Source: Rubripirellula sp. (GTDB lineage Bacteria; Planctomycetota; Planctomycetia; Pirellulales; Pirellulaceae). Taken from it: DNA of 64,000 nucleotides. The notes under the pieces are model-generated. The model saw nothing but the letters and a program-made list of their open reading frames with translations, was not told the DNA's origin and did no database searches. Location: contig OZ244207.1 of assembly GCA_965216875.1 (NCBI GenBank), positions 2,176,001-2,240,000 on the forward strand, written 5' to 3'. The stretch's first letter is position 1; the number at the start of each line of letters is the position of its first letter. Of this stretch, positions 19,169 through 29,452 are shown piece by piece. A program made the position numbers and the translations under genes.

Positions 19169-19729
19169 ATGACCGCCGAAGAAACTCTTCTTGACGCAGA
19201 AGACCGCATGGAAAAGGCCGTTTCAGTGCTGGCAAATAACTTGTCAGGGATTCGCACCGGTCGCGCAACCCCCGGACTTGTCGACTCGATCAAAGTCGAA
19301 GTCTACGGTTCATTGACACCGCTGAAACAACTCGCGTCGATCGGTACTCCCGAACCACAACAAATCGTCATCCGCCCCTATGACGCTGGCACGATCAAAG
19401 AAATCGAAAAAGCAATCGTCGCTGGCGACCTCGGATTGAACCCACAGAACGACGGACGATTGATCCGTTTGAACGTGCCACCACTTTCGACCGAAGTGCG
19501 AAAGAAGATGGTCTCGCGCATCAAAGAGCTTGCCGAAGAGGCTCGAATCTCGATTCGCAACATTCGCCGGGACGCAAACAAGGCTGCCGATGCAGCTGAA
19601 AAAGCGAAAGAAGTAAGTGAGGACGATCGCGACAAGCTCAAAGACGAAGTCCAAGAACTGACCAAGAAGTTCGAGACTCAAGTCGGCGAGATGGCCAAAA
19701 CTCGCGAAGCCGAAGTCACCGAAGAATAG
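19169..19729 (+). CDS. frr: Ribosome recycling factor
   Basis: IRTGRATPGL, LGLNPQNDG, IRNIRRDAN. Confidence 0.99.
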   Translation: MTAEETLLDAEDRMEKAVSVLANNLSGIRTGRATPGLVDSIKVEVYGSLTPLKQLASIGTPEPQQIVIRPYDAGTIKEIEKAIVAGDLGLNPQNDGRLIRLNVPPLSTEVRKKMVSRIKELAEEARISIRNIRRDANKAADAAEKAKEVSEDDRDKLKDEVQELTKKFETQVGEMAKTREAEVTEE

Positions 19730-19777
19730 CCGCTTCTTTGGCGTCGGCTCTGGCGACCGAGTCTTTCAAAAAACGTT

Positions 19778-19836
19778 GTAGCTACATTCGCAGCCCAATC
19801 AGATGCGTGGATCCACCTTCTGGCGAAGGTAGCTAC
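19778..19836. repeat. REP-like family A copy
   Basis: GTAGCTAC...CCACCTTCTGGCGAAGGTAGCTAC between convergent frr and DUF1501 genes. Confidence 0.8.
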
Positions 19837-19839
19837 GAC

Positions 19840-21240
19840 CTAGGCGACTATTTCTTTCACCACGTTCCCGTGGACGGCCGTCAGCCGGAAATCAAATCCT
19901 TTGAAGCGGTATGTCAACCGCTTGTGGTTGATGCCGAGCAGGTGCAGCACTGTGGCGTGAAAGTCGTGCACGTGAAACGGGTCGCGTGCGGCCGTGAAGC
20001 CGAAATCGTCGGTTTCGCCGTAGCTTGCCCCTTTCTTGATTCCGCCACCAGCAAACCAAACAACGCCACTTTTTGTATGGTGGTCGCGGCCACTTCCACC
20101 CTGTGACATGGGTGTACGCCCAAACTCGCCGCCCCAAATGACGAGCGTGTCGTCAAGCAAGCCGCGTTGCCGAAGATCTTTTAACAATGCGGCGCAACCC
20201 TGGTCCGTTTCCTTGGCACGGGACGTCACGCCGCTGACAACGCTGCCGTGGTGGTCCCACTTGGTGTGGTAGAGCTGGACGAACCGCACACCACGCTCGA
20301 CCATCCTCCGGGCCATCAGACAGTTCGCCGCAAAGCTTCCGTTCGGTTTGTCCCCGACCCCGTAAATCTTTTTTGTGTCTGCGGTCTCGCTGGAAAAATC
20401 AGCTAGGTCAGGCACGCTCGTTTGCATCTTGAAGGCGAGTTCATACTGATTGATTCGCGTCGCAATCTCGGGATCAATCGCGTCGCGTTGATGAATCGCA
20501 TTCAATCGATTGATTGCCTCAATCGTTCCCTGCTGACCATGAGGCGAAACGCCCGGCGGCGACTGCAAGTAGTTCAAGGGGGATTGGCTGCTATAGAACT
20601 CAACGCCTTGGTGCTTTCCTGGCAAAAAGCCATTGTGCCAGGCCGTGGTCGGGATCGGCTGGCCGAGTTGCCCTGATCGCATCACAACAAACGCGGGCAG
20701 GTCTTTGGCTTCGCTTCCGAGACCATACGACAGCCACGACCCCATACTTGGTCGTCCCGCAATGCTGAAGCCCGTATTCATGAATGTATGAGCCGGGTCG
20801 TGATTGACTTGATCGGTTTGCAGGGTGCGCACGACGCACATTTCGTCCGCAACGGACTGCAAGTGTGGGAACAGATTGGAAACCGATTGCCCCGATTCGC
20901 CACACTTCTTGAAGCCCACGTCGGTCCCAAAGCACTTCAGCGCCTCGAACTGCAGAAACGCGAGCTTCACTCCATTGGTCAACGATTTGGGGATCGGCTT
21001 GCCATGCAACTTACGCAGCATCGGCTTGTCGTCGAACGTTTCGAACTGACTTGGCCCACCCGACATGTACAAGTAGATCACTCGCTTCGCTTTGGGGGCG
21101 AAGTTCGGAAAGCTATCCGCGGCCTGGTCGCCCATCGCATCGCGCGCCAGCAGCGAGCCGAGCGCCGCGCTGCCGATGCCAGCGGCTGACTGTCCAAAAA
21201 AGTGGCGACGAGTCGTTTGTGTGATGTGGTCGTTGTTCAT
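19840..21240 (-). CDS. DUF1501 (sulfatase-like) Tat-exported protein
   Basis: TRRHFF, AKRVIYLYMSGGPSQ, RRMVERGVRFVQ, WGGEFGRTP, GRDHH. Confidence 0.93.
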   Translation of the reverse strand: MNNDHITQTTRRHFFGQSAAGIGSAALGSLLARDAMGDQAADSFPNFAPKAKRVIYLYMSGGPSQFETFDDKPMLRKLHGKPIPKSLTNGVKLAFLQFEALKCFGTDVGFKKCGESGQSVSNLFPHLQSVADEMCVVRTLQTDQVNHDPAHTFMNTGFSIAGRPSMGSWLSYGLGSEAKDLPAFVVMRSGQLGQPIPTTAWHNGFLPGKHQGVEFYSSQSPLNYLQSPPGVSPHGQQGTIEAINRLNAIHQRDAIDPEIATRINQYELAFKMQTSVPDLADFSSETADTKKIYGVGDKPNGSFAANCLMARRMVERGVRFVQLYHTKWDHHGSVVSGVTSRAKETDQGCAALLKDLRQRGLLDDTLVIWGGEFGRTPMSQGGSGRDHHTKSGVVWFAGGGIKKGASYGETDDFGFTAARDPFHVHDFHATVLHLLGINHKRLTYRFKGFDFRLTAVHGNVVKEIVA

Positions 21241-24200
21241 TGCCGTGTCAGAAACTCGTGTAAGTTCAATACGCTTCGCGCGACAGCCGTCCAGGCCGCG
21301 ATCTCCGCCGCTGCATCGGATTCGACTGTGGTTGATTGGCCAATCGAAACCAATTCGATCGCCATCTCCGGATGCTCGGCATAGTATCGCAACTGATCGT
21401 CCAAAAGCGATTCAAGCACCTCAACTTCAGCAGGTTGCGGCTTTCGCTGCAGTGTTCGCGAATAGAGTTCGTCCAGCCGCTCAGCCTTCGAGGTGGCCGC
21501 GTCGCAAACCCGCTGTGCAAGCACGCGCCCCGCTTCGACGAACATCGGATCGTTCAACAATGCGAGGGCTTGGCCAGGTGTATTGGTGACGTTCCGCTTG
21601 GCGGTGCATTCTTGTCGTGTTGGTGCATCAAATGCCAACATCGTCGGATGAATGTTCTGTCGCTTCCAAAAGGTGTAGAGGGTACGCGTGTATTGCGAAA
21701 CCTCGGGACTGGTTGCCCAGACCATGTGCCGACTGCCATACATGACTTTGTCCGACCGTGTCCAATAAGCGGACGGCTGGTACGGAAAGAAACTGTCGAC
21801 CGGAATCTCGTTTGTCGCCTGAAGCAACCCAGCCGAACGCAATGCCGTGTCACGAATCTGTTCGGCAGTCATCCGAAACCGACCTTGCCGGGCGTGCCAC
21901 CGGTTTCCTGGGTCACGTTCGGCGAGTTCTTCACTTGGCGTCGAACTCATTTGGTAAGCCTTTGCCGAAGTCAGGATGCGAATCACGTGGTTGCGATCCC
22001 AACCACTCTCGCGAAACTCACACGCCAACCAGTCGAGCAGCTGAAGGTGTGATGGCCAATCACCTTGCGTGCCGGCGTCTTCGAGCGATTCGCTGATTCC
22101 ACGTCCGTAATACTGGTGCCATAAACGATTCACCATCACGCGCGCGACCAAACCCTTAGCATCTTCAAAAAGCCAATTGGCAAGATCGAGCCGATTACCC
22201 ACAGGCTTCGACGAATCGTCAGCAGCCGTCAGGAACTCCGGATAGGCCGCAAAAAGCAATGGGCCAGACTCATCTTGGTAGTCACCGCGATTCAACAAAC
22301 GCGTTTGCTTCGGTTTGTCGGACACGCGAGAGACCAACACCGGCAGCGCCCGCGCTCGATGTTCAAACAGCTCCGACTCGAGTGCACGTAAACGCTCAAC
22401 CTTCCCAGGCTGACTCCACTCAGCCAAAGCGCGACCAACAAGCTCTTGCTCGAGCGAATCGCGCGAACCAGCGCTTTTGCGAATCGCCGAGGCAACGTAT
22501 CCATCTCGTCTTTGGAAAAACTGGCGATTGACCGGAGTTTCCCACCATGCACGCGTCGCAATCTCCGCCAGGCGAAGCGACATCGCCCGACTCACTGTCG
22601 CTTCCAACCCGCTATCGGCCCATTCGACGCGACCACCAACATGCATCCAAGCCATGCCGACCTTTTCGAACGCTTGGCTCTTGTCGGGAGCGATCAGTTC
22701 ATGATGAGGAATCCGTAACCGCACCCAACCGTTTTCCTCCGGCAGGTCCCCCAGACGCTTCACGCGTTTTGCGTTCGACCAAGGATATGATTGACCAAGA
22801 ATCGATTCGCTGTCCTCTCCCCAGTAGTAGGTTTCGTAGTTCCCCGTCTTCCAACCGAGGCGGCCGTATTTCCCGTTCGAAATCTGCACGGCGATCATTT
22901 CGGGGCGTTGTTCCTTGTCGAGCCAAATGTCGACAAACCACGCATCTTTGGTTTCCTCTTTGCTCTTGGAGACTGACAAGTAGCCCGTCATGACTTCCGC
23001 AGCATGGTGCCGAGCCAACTTGCCGTCGCTCGCCGTCGTCACACGCACGTCGCGGCCCTCACGCTGACTCCTGTCGAAATCTCCCTCGAGAATCCGCATC
23101 GCAGGCAAGCGGCCAGCAAGCCAAACAAACTCTTCACGATTGGCCTTGTCACCCAATGCTTTCTTGACGTCTGCAATGAGCGTCTCGCGTTTCGCATCAT
23201 CCAGCGATTGAATCCCCGCATCGATCTCTTTTTGAAGCGACGTGATCTCGGCTGCGATACGTCGATCGAGCTGTCGGACAGTTTCGTCGTTGTGGACGTA
23301 GTGCAATGGCTCGCGTCGATCACCGGGCGTGTAGACGCCTGTTTCAACAAGGTCATCAAAAAACGCTGCCAAACTGTAGTAGTCTCGAGCCGAGAAGGGA
23401 TCAAACTTGTGATCGTGGCACTCGGCGCACCCCGTTGTCATTCCCAGCCAAACCGTCCCAAAGGCCCGGACGTGCTCACCTTTGAGCTTGTAGAGTTGCT
23501 CAGCCTCAATGCCACCCGCCTCGCAATTCGTATTCACGATCCGGTTGTATCCCGACGCAACATATTGATCGTCCGTAGGGTTCGGCTGTAAATCACCAGC
23601 GAGCTGATCACGCGTGAATTGATCGAACGGCATGTTGTTGCGGAAGGCGCGAATCACCCAAGCACGGTACGCGCCCGATGCAATCGGCTCGTCACTGACG
23701 AACCCGCTCGTATCAGCCCAACGGACCAGGTCAAGCCATCGTACAGCTTGGTGCTCGGCAAACGACAACTCCTTCATCCAACGGTCTCGGAACGCAAAGA
23801 ACGCTTCATCCGAAGAATCGTGCTGAAAACGATCGACCTCGTCTTGCGACGGCGGGAAGCCCCGCAAATCGAGACTCAATCGGCGCAATCGTTGACGCGG
23901 TGTGGCTAGCCCAACAGGCTCGGCGTCGTTTGCGATCCAACCGTCACGCAAGAACGCGTCGATCGGCGAATCCGAATCGAGAAAAGAGATGTCCGGCGGG
24001 GTTGGACGTGTCAAAGGACTCCAAGCCCAATGTTCTTGATACTTTGCACCTTGCTCGATCCACCGCCGCACAAGCTCCTTCTCTTTCTTCGACAATTGCT
24101 TTTCAGATGATGGCGGCGGCATCACCAGATCGGGATCGTCGCTCAACATACGTTCGAGGACTTCCGATTCATCAGGCTTGCCGGGCACGATAGCGTATTC

Positions 24201-24398
24201 CGTGGCCGCCTCGAACGTGTCGAGTCGCAAGTCCGCTTCACGGTGTCCTTCATCGAATCCGTGACAGTAGAAGCAGTTGTTGCTAAGTATCGGACGGATG
24301 TCGCGATTGAACTCGATCTCGTCCGCCTGTATGGGCCGCGTTGCGCTGGCAGCAAGAGCGCTCGCCAGCAGAAGGAAACACAATGTCCTTAGAGTCAT
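21237..24398 (-). CDS. PSD1/PSD2 (DUF1549/DUF1553) planctomycete cytochrome c protein
   Basis: FNRDIRPILSNNCFYCHG, CAECHDHKFDP, ARVMVNRLW, TNTPGQALALLN; 4-bp overlap with the DUF1501 gene. Start could be 24428. Confidence 0.93.
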   Translation of the reverse strand: MTLRTLCFLLLASALAASATRPIQADEIEFNRDIRPILSNNCFYCHGFDEGHREADLRLDTFEAATEYAIVPGKPDESEVLERMLSDDPDLVMPPPSSEKQLSKKEKELVRRWIEQGAKYQEHWAWSPLTRPTPPDISFLDSDSPIDAFLRDGWIANDAEPVGLATPRQRLRRLSLDLRGFPPSQDEVDRFQHDSSDEAFFAFRDRWMKELSFAEHQAVRWLDLVRWADTSGFVSDEPIASGAYRAWVIRAFRNNMPFDQFTRDQLAGDLQPNPTDDQYVASGYNRIVNTNCEAGGIEAEQLYKLKGEHVRAFGTVWLGMTTGCAECHDHKFDPFSARDYYSLAAFFDDLVETGVYTPGDRREPLHYVHNDETVRQLDRRIAAEITSLQKEIDAGIQSLDDAKRETLIADVKKALGDKANREEFVWLAGRLPAMRILEGDFDRSQREGRDVRVTTASDGKLARHHAAEVMTGYLSVSKSKEETKDAWFVDIWLDKEQRPEMIAVQISNGKYGRLGWKTGNYETYYWGEDSESILGQSYPWSNAKRVKRLGDLPEENGWVRLRIPHHELIAPDKSQAFEKVGMAWMHVGGRVEWADSGLEATVSRAMSLRLAEIATRAWWETPVNRQFFQRRDGYVASAIRKSAGSRDSLEQELVGRALAEWSQPGKVERLRALESELFEHRARALPVLVSRVSDKPKQTRLLNRGDYQDESGPLLFAAYPEFLTAADDSSKPVGNRLDLANWLFEDAKGLVARVMVNRLWHQYYGRGISESLEDAGTQGDWPSHLQLLDWLACEFRESGWDRNHVIRILTSAKAYQMSSTPSEELAERDPGNRWHARQGRFRMTAEQIRDTALRSAGLLQATNEIPVDSFFPYQPSAYWTRSDKVMYGSRHMVWATSPEVSQYTRTLYTFWKRQNIHPTMLAFDAPTRQECTAKRNVTNTPGQALALLNDPMFVEAGRVLAQRVCDAATSKAERLDELYSRTLQRKPQPAEVEVLESLLDDQLRYYAEHPEMAIELVSIGQSTTVESDAAAEIAAWTAVARSVLNLHEFLTRQ

Positions 24399-24672
24399 TT
24401 CTTTTTCGTTGCATGAAACACGTTGCAAGCGTCGGAATCCCTACGTCGATGTTCGCCTTGAAAGCGTCCGTCCACCTGCAATCTCGTTGGTGCTAAGAGA
24501 ATGATTGTCCGGTGTCGTTATGTCTTGGACGCCCTCCATTTCCCTTTGTACATTTTGACCATTTCGACCGCCTTTCTAACGCAAAAACACGCAATTCACG
24601 AGAAAACCCAGGCCGCACGTTTTTGCGACCTGGGTCCTCATCACACCACCGGAGAACACACGCAAGGTGGGT

Positions 24673-26175
24673 CTACTTGTCGGATTTCTTGACCGCCACG
24701 AACCGCGACATCTCTTTGTCGCGAACCCGCAGCAGGACGGTCTCGCCCTCCGCAGCGTCCACCTGATCGCGGTAGTCGCTTTCTGAGGTGACGGCTTGCC
24801 GATTCACTTCCGTGATCACCATGCCTGGCCGCAATCCGGCCTGTGCTGCCGATGAGCCAGGATCGACCGAAGCAATCACGACGCCATCTCCACTGCCCAC
24901 ACCCAACTTCTCTGCTTCTTGAGCGTTCAGACTTCGAACGCTCAAGCCGAGTCGACTTTTGGCAGCGATGTTGGTGGTGGAGGCGAGCGTGACTTCCGAA
25001 TCAAGTTTTCCAAGGGTGACACTCAAGTCAATTTCCTTTCCATCACGCAAAACCGTGATCGGCACACTCACCTCGGGCTCCGTCGCCGCTACGCGGTTAC
25101 GGAAAGCGCCAACCCTTTCGACCGACTTGCCATTGAACTCGACGATCACGTCGCCCGCTTCAAGACCAGCTTGCCGAGCCGGAGAATTGGCTGTGACATC
25201 GCCAACCAGCACACCTTGCTTTCCAGCGAGTCCGAACGAATCCGCAAGCTCGGGGGTCAACTGCTGAATAGCAATGCCCAAAAACCCGCGCGTGACCGAT
25301 CCGTTGTTGACGATCTGTTGGTAAATGTTCCCTGCCATGTCGATCGGAATCGCGAACCCAATCCCGTTGTAGGTTCCGCTCCGACTCGCGATCGCCGTAT
25401 TGATCCCGATCACCTCACCACGAAGATTCAAAAGCGGGCCACCCGAGTTCCCGGGGTTGATGGCTGCATCGGTTTGGATGAAGTTCTCGTAATCGACAAT
25501 CCCAACCCGGCTGCGTCCCTTCGCGCTGACGATGCCGGAAGTGACGGATCCAGACAGGCCGAATGGACTTCCGACTGCCAAAACCCATTGGCCCACTTTC
25601 AGATCATCCGAGCTACCCATTTCCAACGTTGGCAGATCGTCCGCCTCAATCCGAATGACAGCGACATCGCTTCGCGGATCTGTTCCGACAACAGTAGCAT
25701 CGAATTTTCGTCCATCCGAAAGCGTGACCCGCACCTTTTCGGCGTCGCTGACAACATGGTTGTTGGTCAAAATGTATCCGTCGTCGGAAACGATAAACCC
25801 TGAACCCTGACCGACCGTACGCGGCATGCTGCCCCCTTGGTTGCGTGGTCTTTGCAGTTCGGGCAACTTGTCACCAAAGAAACGCTTCAACATTTCCTCA
25901 TCAAGACCGCCAGGAAGTTGGCCGTTGCCAGCAACAGGCATCACGGTCTTTTCCACCTGAATAAAGACCACCGCGGGGCTGACTCGCTCGGTCACCTCAA
26001 CGAACGCTTGACTGGTCGCTTCCAACCGAGCCATCGCCGCACTCGGTGCCGCAGTATTGTTTTGGCCAGTGCCTGCAATCGCAGCTGCACCAAGCCCGCC
26101 AGCTGAAAGTAACGCGACGGTCAGAAGCCCGAGCCGTCGGCGCATTGGTTTTCGAGTGTTGGTTTGAATCCTCAT
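24673..26175 (-). CDS. degP: DegP/DegQ (HtrA) serine endoprotease with two PDZ domains
   Basis: GQGSGFI, LTNNHVV, QTDAAINPGNSGGPL; AAGGAG RBS. Confidence 0.95.
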   Translation of the reverse strand: MRIQTNTRKPMRRRLGLLTVALLSAGGLGAAAIAGTGQNNTAAPSAAMARLEATSQAFVEVTERVSPAVVFIQVEKTVMPVAGNGQLPGGLDEEMLKRFFGDKLPELQRPRNQGGSMPRTVGQGSGFIVSDDGYILTNNHVVSDAEKVRVTLSDGRKFDATVVGTDPRSDVAVIRIEADDLPTLEMGSSDDLKVGQWVLAVGSPFGLSGSVTSGIVSAKGRSRVGIVDYENFIQTDAAINPGNSGGPLLNLRGEVIGINTAIASRSGTYNGIGFAIPIDMAGNIYQQIVNNGSVTRGFLGIAIQQLTPELADSFGLAGKQGVLVGDVTANSPARQAGLEAGDVIVEFNGKSVERVGAFRNRVAATEPEVSVPITVLRDGKEIDLSVTLGKLDSEVTLASTTNIAAKSRLGLSVRSLNAQEAEKLGVGSGDGVVIASVDPGSSAAQAGLRPGMVITEVNRQAVTSESDYRDQVDAAEGETVLLRVRDKEMSRFVAVKKSDK

Positions 26176-26244
26176 CTAGCTCTCCTTTACCGGGTCGTGC
26201 GAAAAGCGAATGCCACGGTCGTGTACTCGCCGAAGAGCTCCATT

Positions 26245-26260
26245 TGCAACAACTATGCCA
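26245..26260 (-). promoter_or_regulatory. Sigma54 (-24/-12) promoter upstream of degP
   Basis: Minus strand TGGCATAGTTGTTGCA has GG-N10-GC spacing and is near consensus TGGCAC-N5-TTGCA, 70 bp upstream of the ATG. Confidence 0.75.
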
Positions 26261-26268
26261 AACGAAAA

Positions 26269-26371
26269 GTAGGGTGTGTGCTTGCACGCACAAAATCGCC
26301 TCATGTCTTCGTAGCTACGCTCGCCAGAGCGTGGAAGACACACCCAACCACCTTCTGGCGAAGGTAGCTAC
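26269..26371. repeat. Composite of REP family B (GTAGGGTGTGTGCTTGCACGCAC, 26269-26291) and family A (26311-26371)
   Basis: Close matches to other copies in the window. Confidence 0.85.
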
Positions 26372-26426
26372 GAAACGCGTCGTTTGAGTTGAATACCAGA
26401 CGGAAAGCGCCATATCGATCACGGTT

Positions 26427-26460
26427 GGGGCACGTTGCAGCGCGCGGGGCAGAATGCCCC
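26427..26460. promoter_or_regulatory. Tandem candidate enhancer (UAS) sites GGGGCACGTTGCAGC and GGGGCAGAATGCCCC
   Basis: The second site is a perfect palindrome GGGGCA-N3-TGCCCC. The two sites start 19 bp apart, 170-200 bp upstream of the degP sigma54 promoter. Confidence 0.5.
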
Positions 26461-26498
26461 ATCCTTTAACAGAACTAAACCGGCGCAATTCGGCGGAT

Positions 26499-27860
26499 TC
26501 AATCCACGCCGTATTGCTTCAGTTTTCGATACAGCGTTTTTCGATCGAGTCCGAGCCGTCGGGCCGCGTTCGTTTTGTTGCCGTCAACGGCATCGAGGAC
26601 GTGCAGGATGTACCGGCGCTCGACCTCCTCGAGCGGCAACAATTCATTTGGGTCCTCGCCCGCAATCACAACCCGCTTGCCCGAATACTGACTGATCTTC
26701 TCTGGCAAATCATCGATCGCAAGCTTGTCATAGCGAGCGAGCGCCACGGCGCGTTCGATCACATTGCGAAGCTCTCGAACATTTCCTGGCCAACGATAGC
26801 CAAGTAACTTGTCAGCAAAGCCTTCCGAGAGTCCGCTGATCTGCTTGTTGTCCCGAACGGCGAAAAACTCCGCGAAATGTTGTGCAAGCAGCAGGATGTC
26901 CGTGCCACGAGATCGCAGCGGCGGAAGATCAATCTGAATCACGTTGATCCGAAAGAAAAGATCCTCACGGAACCGCTCCTCCTCGACGGCAGCTTGCAGA
27001 TCCCGATTGGTCGCGGTCAGCAACCGAACGTCAAAATCAATTTCGCGATCGCCACCCACAGGACGCAGCTTGCGTTCCTCGAGGGCTCGCAAAAGCTTCA
27101 CTTGCATCGACATCGGCATGTCGCCGATTTCATCCAGAAACAACGTTCCTCCGTCAGCTTGCTGGAACAACCCCTTGCGTCCTGACCGCGCGTCCGTGAA
27201 GGCTCCTTTGGCGTGCCCAAACAGCTCGCTCTCCATCAATTGCTCGGGAATCGCGGCGCAATTCACGGCGACAAAGGGGGCCTGGTGACGTTTGCTGCTG
27301 CGATGGATCGCTTTGGCAACAACTTCCTTGCCCGTGCCGCTTTCGCCGTAGACCAGGACCGAGGTTTCCGTGGCAGCGATTCGCTCAAGTTGGTCATAGA
27401 GTTTCTGCATCGCAGGACTCGCGCCGATCAACTCATCAAAACGCTCGCTCTTCTTGACGACGTCGCTCAACACGCGAACTTGCTTCTGCAGTGCATGATG
27501 TGCAACGGCCCGTTTTAGCGTCAGATTGATTGCCTCCATTTCGACCGGCTTGGTCACGAAATCGTAGGCTCCGGCGCGAATCGCTTGGACTGCCGTCTCC
27601 ATGCTCCCGAATGCGGTCATCACCACAACAGGAATGTCGGAACGATTGGCGACAATCTGTTTGCACAACTCGATGCCGTCCATCACCGGCATCTTCAGAT
27701 CCGTCAAGACGGCATCAAGTTCGAGTTCTTTGGCAGCATCGAGCGCCTCGACCGGATTGGTGAAGGCCACCACATCGTACCCGCGGGTCGCGAGTGCCGA
27801 CTGCAACAACTCGCTCATCGCAGCGTCGTCGTCAACGACCAAGATACGCCCTTCGCTCAT
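26499..27860 (-). CDS. NtrC/ZraR-family sigma54-dependent response regulator
   Basis: Receiver (LVVDDD, TDLKMP), GESGTGKE, ESELFGHAKGAFTDA, WPGNVREL, Fis-type HTH. Confidence 0.96.
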   Translation of the reverse strand: MSEGRILVVDDDAAMSELLQSALATRGYDVVAFTNPVEALDAAKELELDAVLTDLKMPVMDGIELCKQIVANRSDIPVVVMTAFGSMETAVQAIRAGAYDFVTKPVEMEAINLTLKRAVAHHALQKQVRVLSDVVKKSERFDELIGASPAMQKLYDQLERIAATETSVLVYGESGTGKEVVAKAIHRSSKRHQAPFVAVNCAAIPEQLMESELFGHAKGAFTDARSGRKGLFQQADGGTLFLDEIGDMPMSMQVKLLRALEERKLRPVGGDREIDFDVRLLTATNRDLQAAVEEERFREDLFFRINVIQIDLPPLRSRGTDILLLAQHFAEFFAVRDNKQISGLSEGFADKLLGYRWPGNVRELRNVIERAVALARYDKLAIDDLPEKISQYSGKRVVIAGEDPNELLPLEEVERRYILHVLDAVDGNKTNAARRLGLDRKTLYRKLKQYGVD

Positions 27861-29332
27861 CCCGCGCCTCCTTCGATCGGCAAATACGCTGTGAACACAC
27901 TGCCTCGCCCTACTTGCGAATCAACATCGATCCATCCGCCATGTTCCTGTGCGATACCAAACGCGATCGACAAACCAAGCCCCGTTCCACTACCGACTTC
28001 TTTGGTCGTAAAAAAGGGCTCGAACACTTGTGCCAGGTCAGACTCAGCAATTCCCGCGCCGTGGTCGATGACAGCGATGGAAGCAAACGCGCCCGGGTGC
28101 TGCGTCTGTTGATCGAACTCAGCCCGCGCGACTTCCATCGATACCTTTGAACCGTTGTCACTCGCATGAATGGCATTGATCACCAAGTTGGTCAACAGCT
28201 GCTGAATCTGGCCGAAATCGACATCGCAAAAGAGTGCGTCGCCCAAATCAACCTCGATCATTACGCCCTGCTTCTCACCCAGGGGGCGAAGCAGTTCTGC
28301 GGTTTGAAGAGCGATCTGGCGAAGGTCGATGTTGGTTCGATTGGGTCGATCGCGGCGCGCGAAATCGAGCAATTGTCGTATCGTCGATGCAATGCGATCC
28401 GATTCCGCTTTGATGATCTTGGCATTCTCCTTCGTCTGCTCTGACGAGAGTTCGCCGGTCGCAATCATGTCCGCACGGCCGCCAACAACGTTAAGGGGCG
28501 TCCCGATTTCATGAGCGATCCCGGATGCCAAACGCCCGACGGTCCTCAGCCGATCGGCGTGGCGCAGTTCCTCGATTGCCTGGATGCGCGCGGTGGTTTC
28601 GGTTTCGACCTTTTCGTTCGCCTCGGACAATTGATCACACATCGAGTTGATGGCTGTGGCGAGTTCACCGAATTCATCTCGCCGACTCATCTCGATCGGT
28701 CCCGACAAATCGCCCGTACCCACACGACGCGTTTTCTCAATCAGGACTTCAAGCGGCCTGCCAACCATTTCGCGACCCAGCAGCACGACCATGCCAACGC
28801 CAAGCATGGCAGTCAAGCTCGCCAACAATACAGTGCGGCTGGTGAATCGTTTCATCCTGTCGCCCGAGTGCCGATCCTGCTCGGTCACTTCCAATGCGCC
28901 GGGCGAAGCTTCACCAGTAGAGACCTTGGTGTAGGTCACCATCGACTCGCCACCTTCGTCGCGACGTTTGATCGATGTCGTTTCACCGGCAATGACTCGC
29001 CGCAGCTGCGAATTGTCGGCGATCGGGCGTCGCTGGGGCGCATCGGGCTCTTCGAGTAGGACCCAGCGGACCGTCATCGACTTGGTCTCGCCGCTTGCAA
29101 CACTTTCTCGCTCGTTGAACGCCTGCAGGAATTGCTCAACCTGCTTGTGGCCGCCCTGTTTCCACTGCTCGGCAACGAGCGGACCGAGCGTTTCGGATAG
29201 CTGTCTGGCATCGCGCTGCATGTCTTGGTCCATCGCGCCAATGTCGCGATGCAGGTCCAAGTAGCCGTCGACAATCAACAACAGCACGATGCCGACAAGC
29301 AGCAGCGAAGTGAATTTGGCAGCAAGTTTCAT
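27857..29332 (-). CDS. HAMP-domain sensor histidine kinase
   Basis: Two TM helices, HAMP, H-box IAHEIGTPLN, NLVINAIHA, FEPFFTTK, GTGLGL; 4-bp overlap with the regulator. Confidence 0.96.
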   Translation of the reverse strand: MKLAAKFTSLLLVGIVLLLIVDGYLDLHRDIGAMDQDMQRDARQLSETLGPLVAEQWKQGGHKQVEQFLQAFNERESVASGETKSMTVRWVLLEEPDAPQRRPIADNSQLRRVIAGETTSIKRRDEGGESMVTYTKVSTGEASPGALEVTEQDRHSGDRMKRFTSRTVLLASLTAMLGVGMVVLLGREMVGRPLEVLIEKTRRVGTGDLSGPIEMSRRDEFGELATAINSMCDQLSEANEKVETETTARIQAIEELRHADRLRTVGRLASGIAHEIGTPLNVVGGRADMIATGELSSEQTKENAKIIKAESDRIASTIRQLLDFARRDRPNRTNIDLRQIALQTAELLRPLGEKQGVMIEVDLGDALFCDVDFGQIQQLLTNLVINAIHASDNGSKVSMEVARAEFDQQTQHPGAFASIAVIDHGAGIAESDLAQVFEPFFTTKEVGSGTGLGLSIAFGIAQEHGGWIDVDSQVGRGSVFTAYLPIEGGAG

Positions 29333-29384
29333 GGTGAAATTCTGGCGTCCGAATCAAAACTGCAATCTTATCGCAGCGTTGTAC

Positions 29385-29400
29385 GGCAAACCTCATGCCA
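29385..29400 (-). promoter_or_regulatory. Sigma54 promoter upstream of the histidine kinase/regulator operon
   Basis: Minus strand TGGCATGAGGTTTGCC (GG-N10-GC), about 52 bp upstream of the kinase ATG. Confidence 0.65.
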
Positions 29401-29452
29401 ACGCGAGCCGAGCCGACTTTCCACCAATTCCACTCGGTTCCAATCAAGCGTT

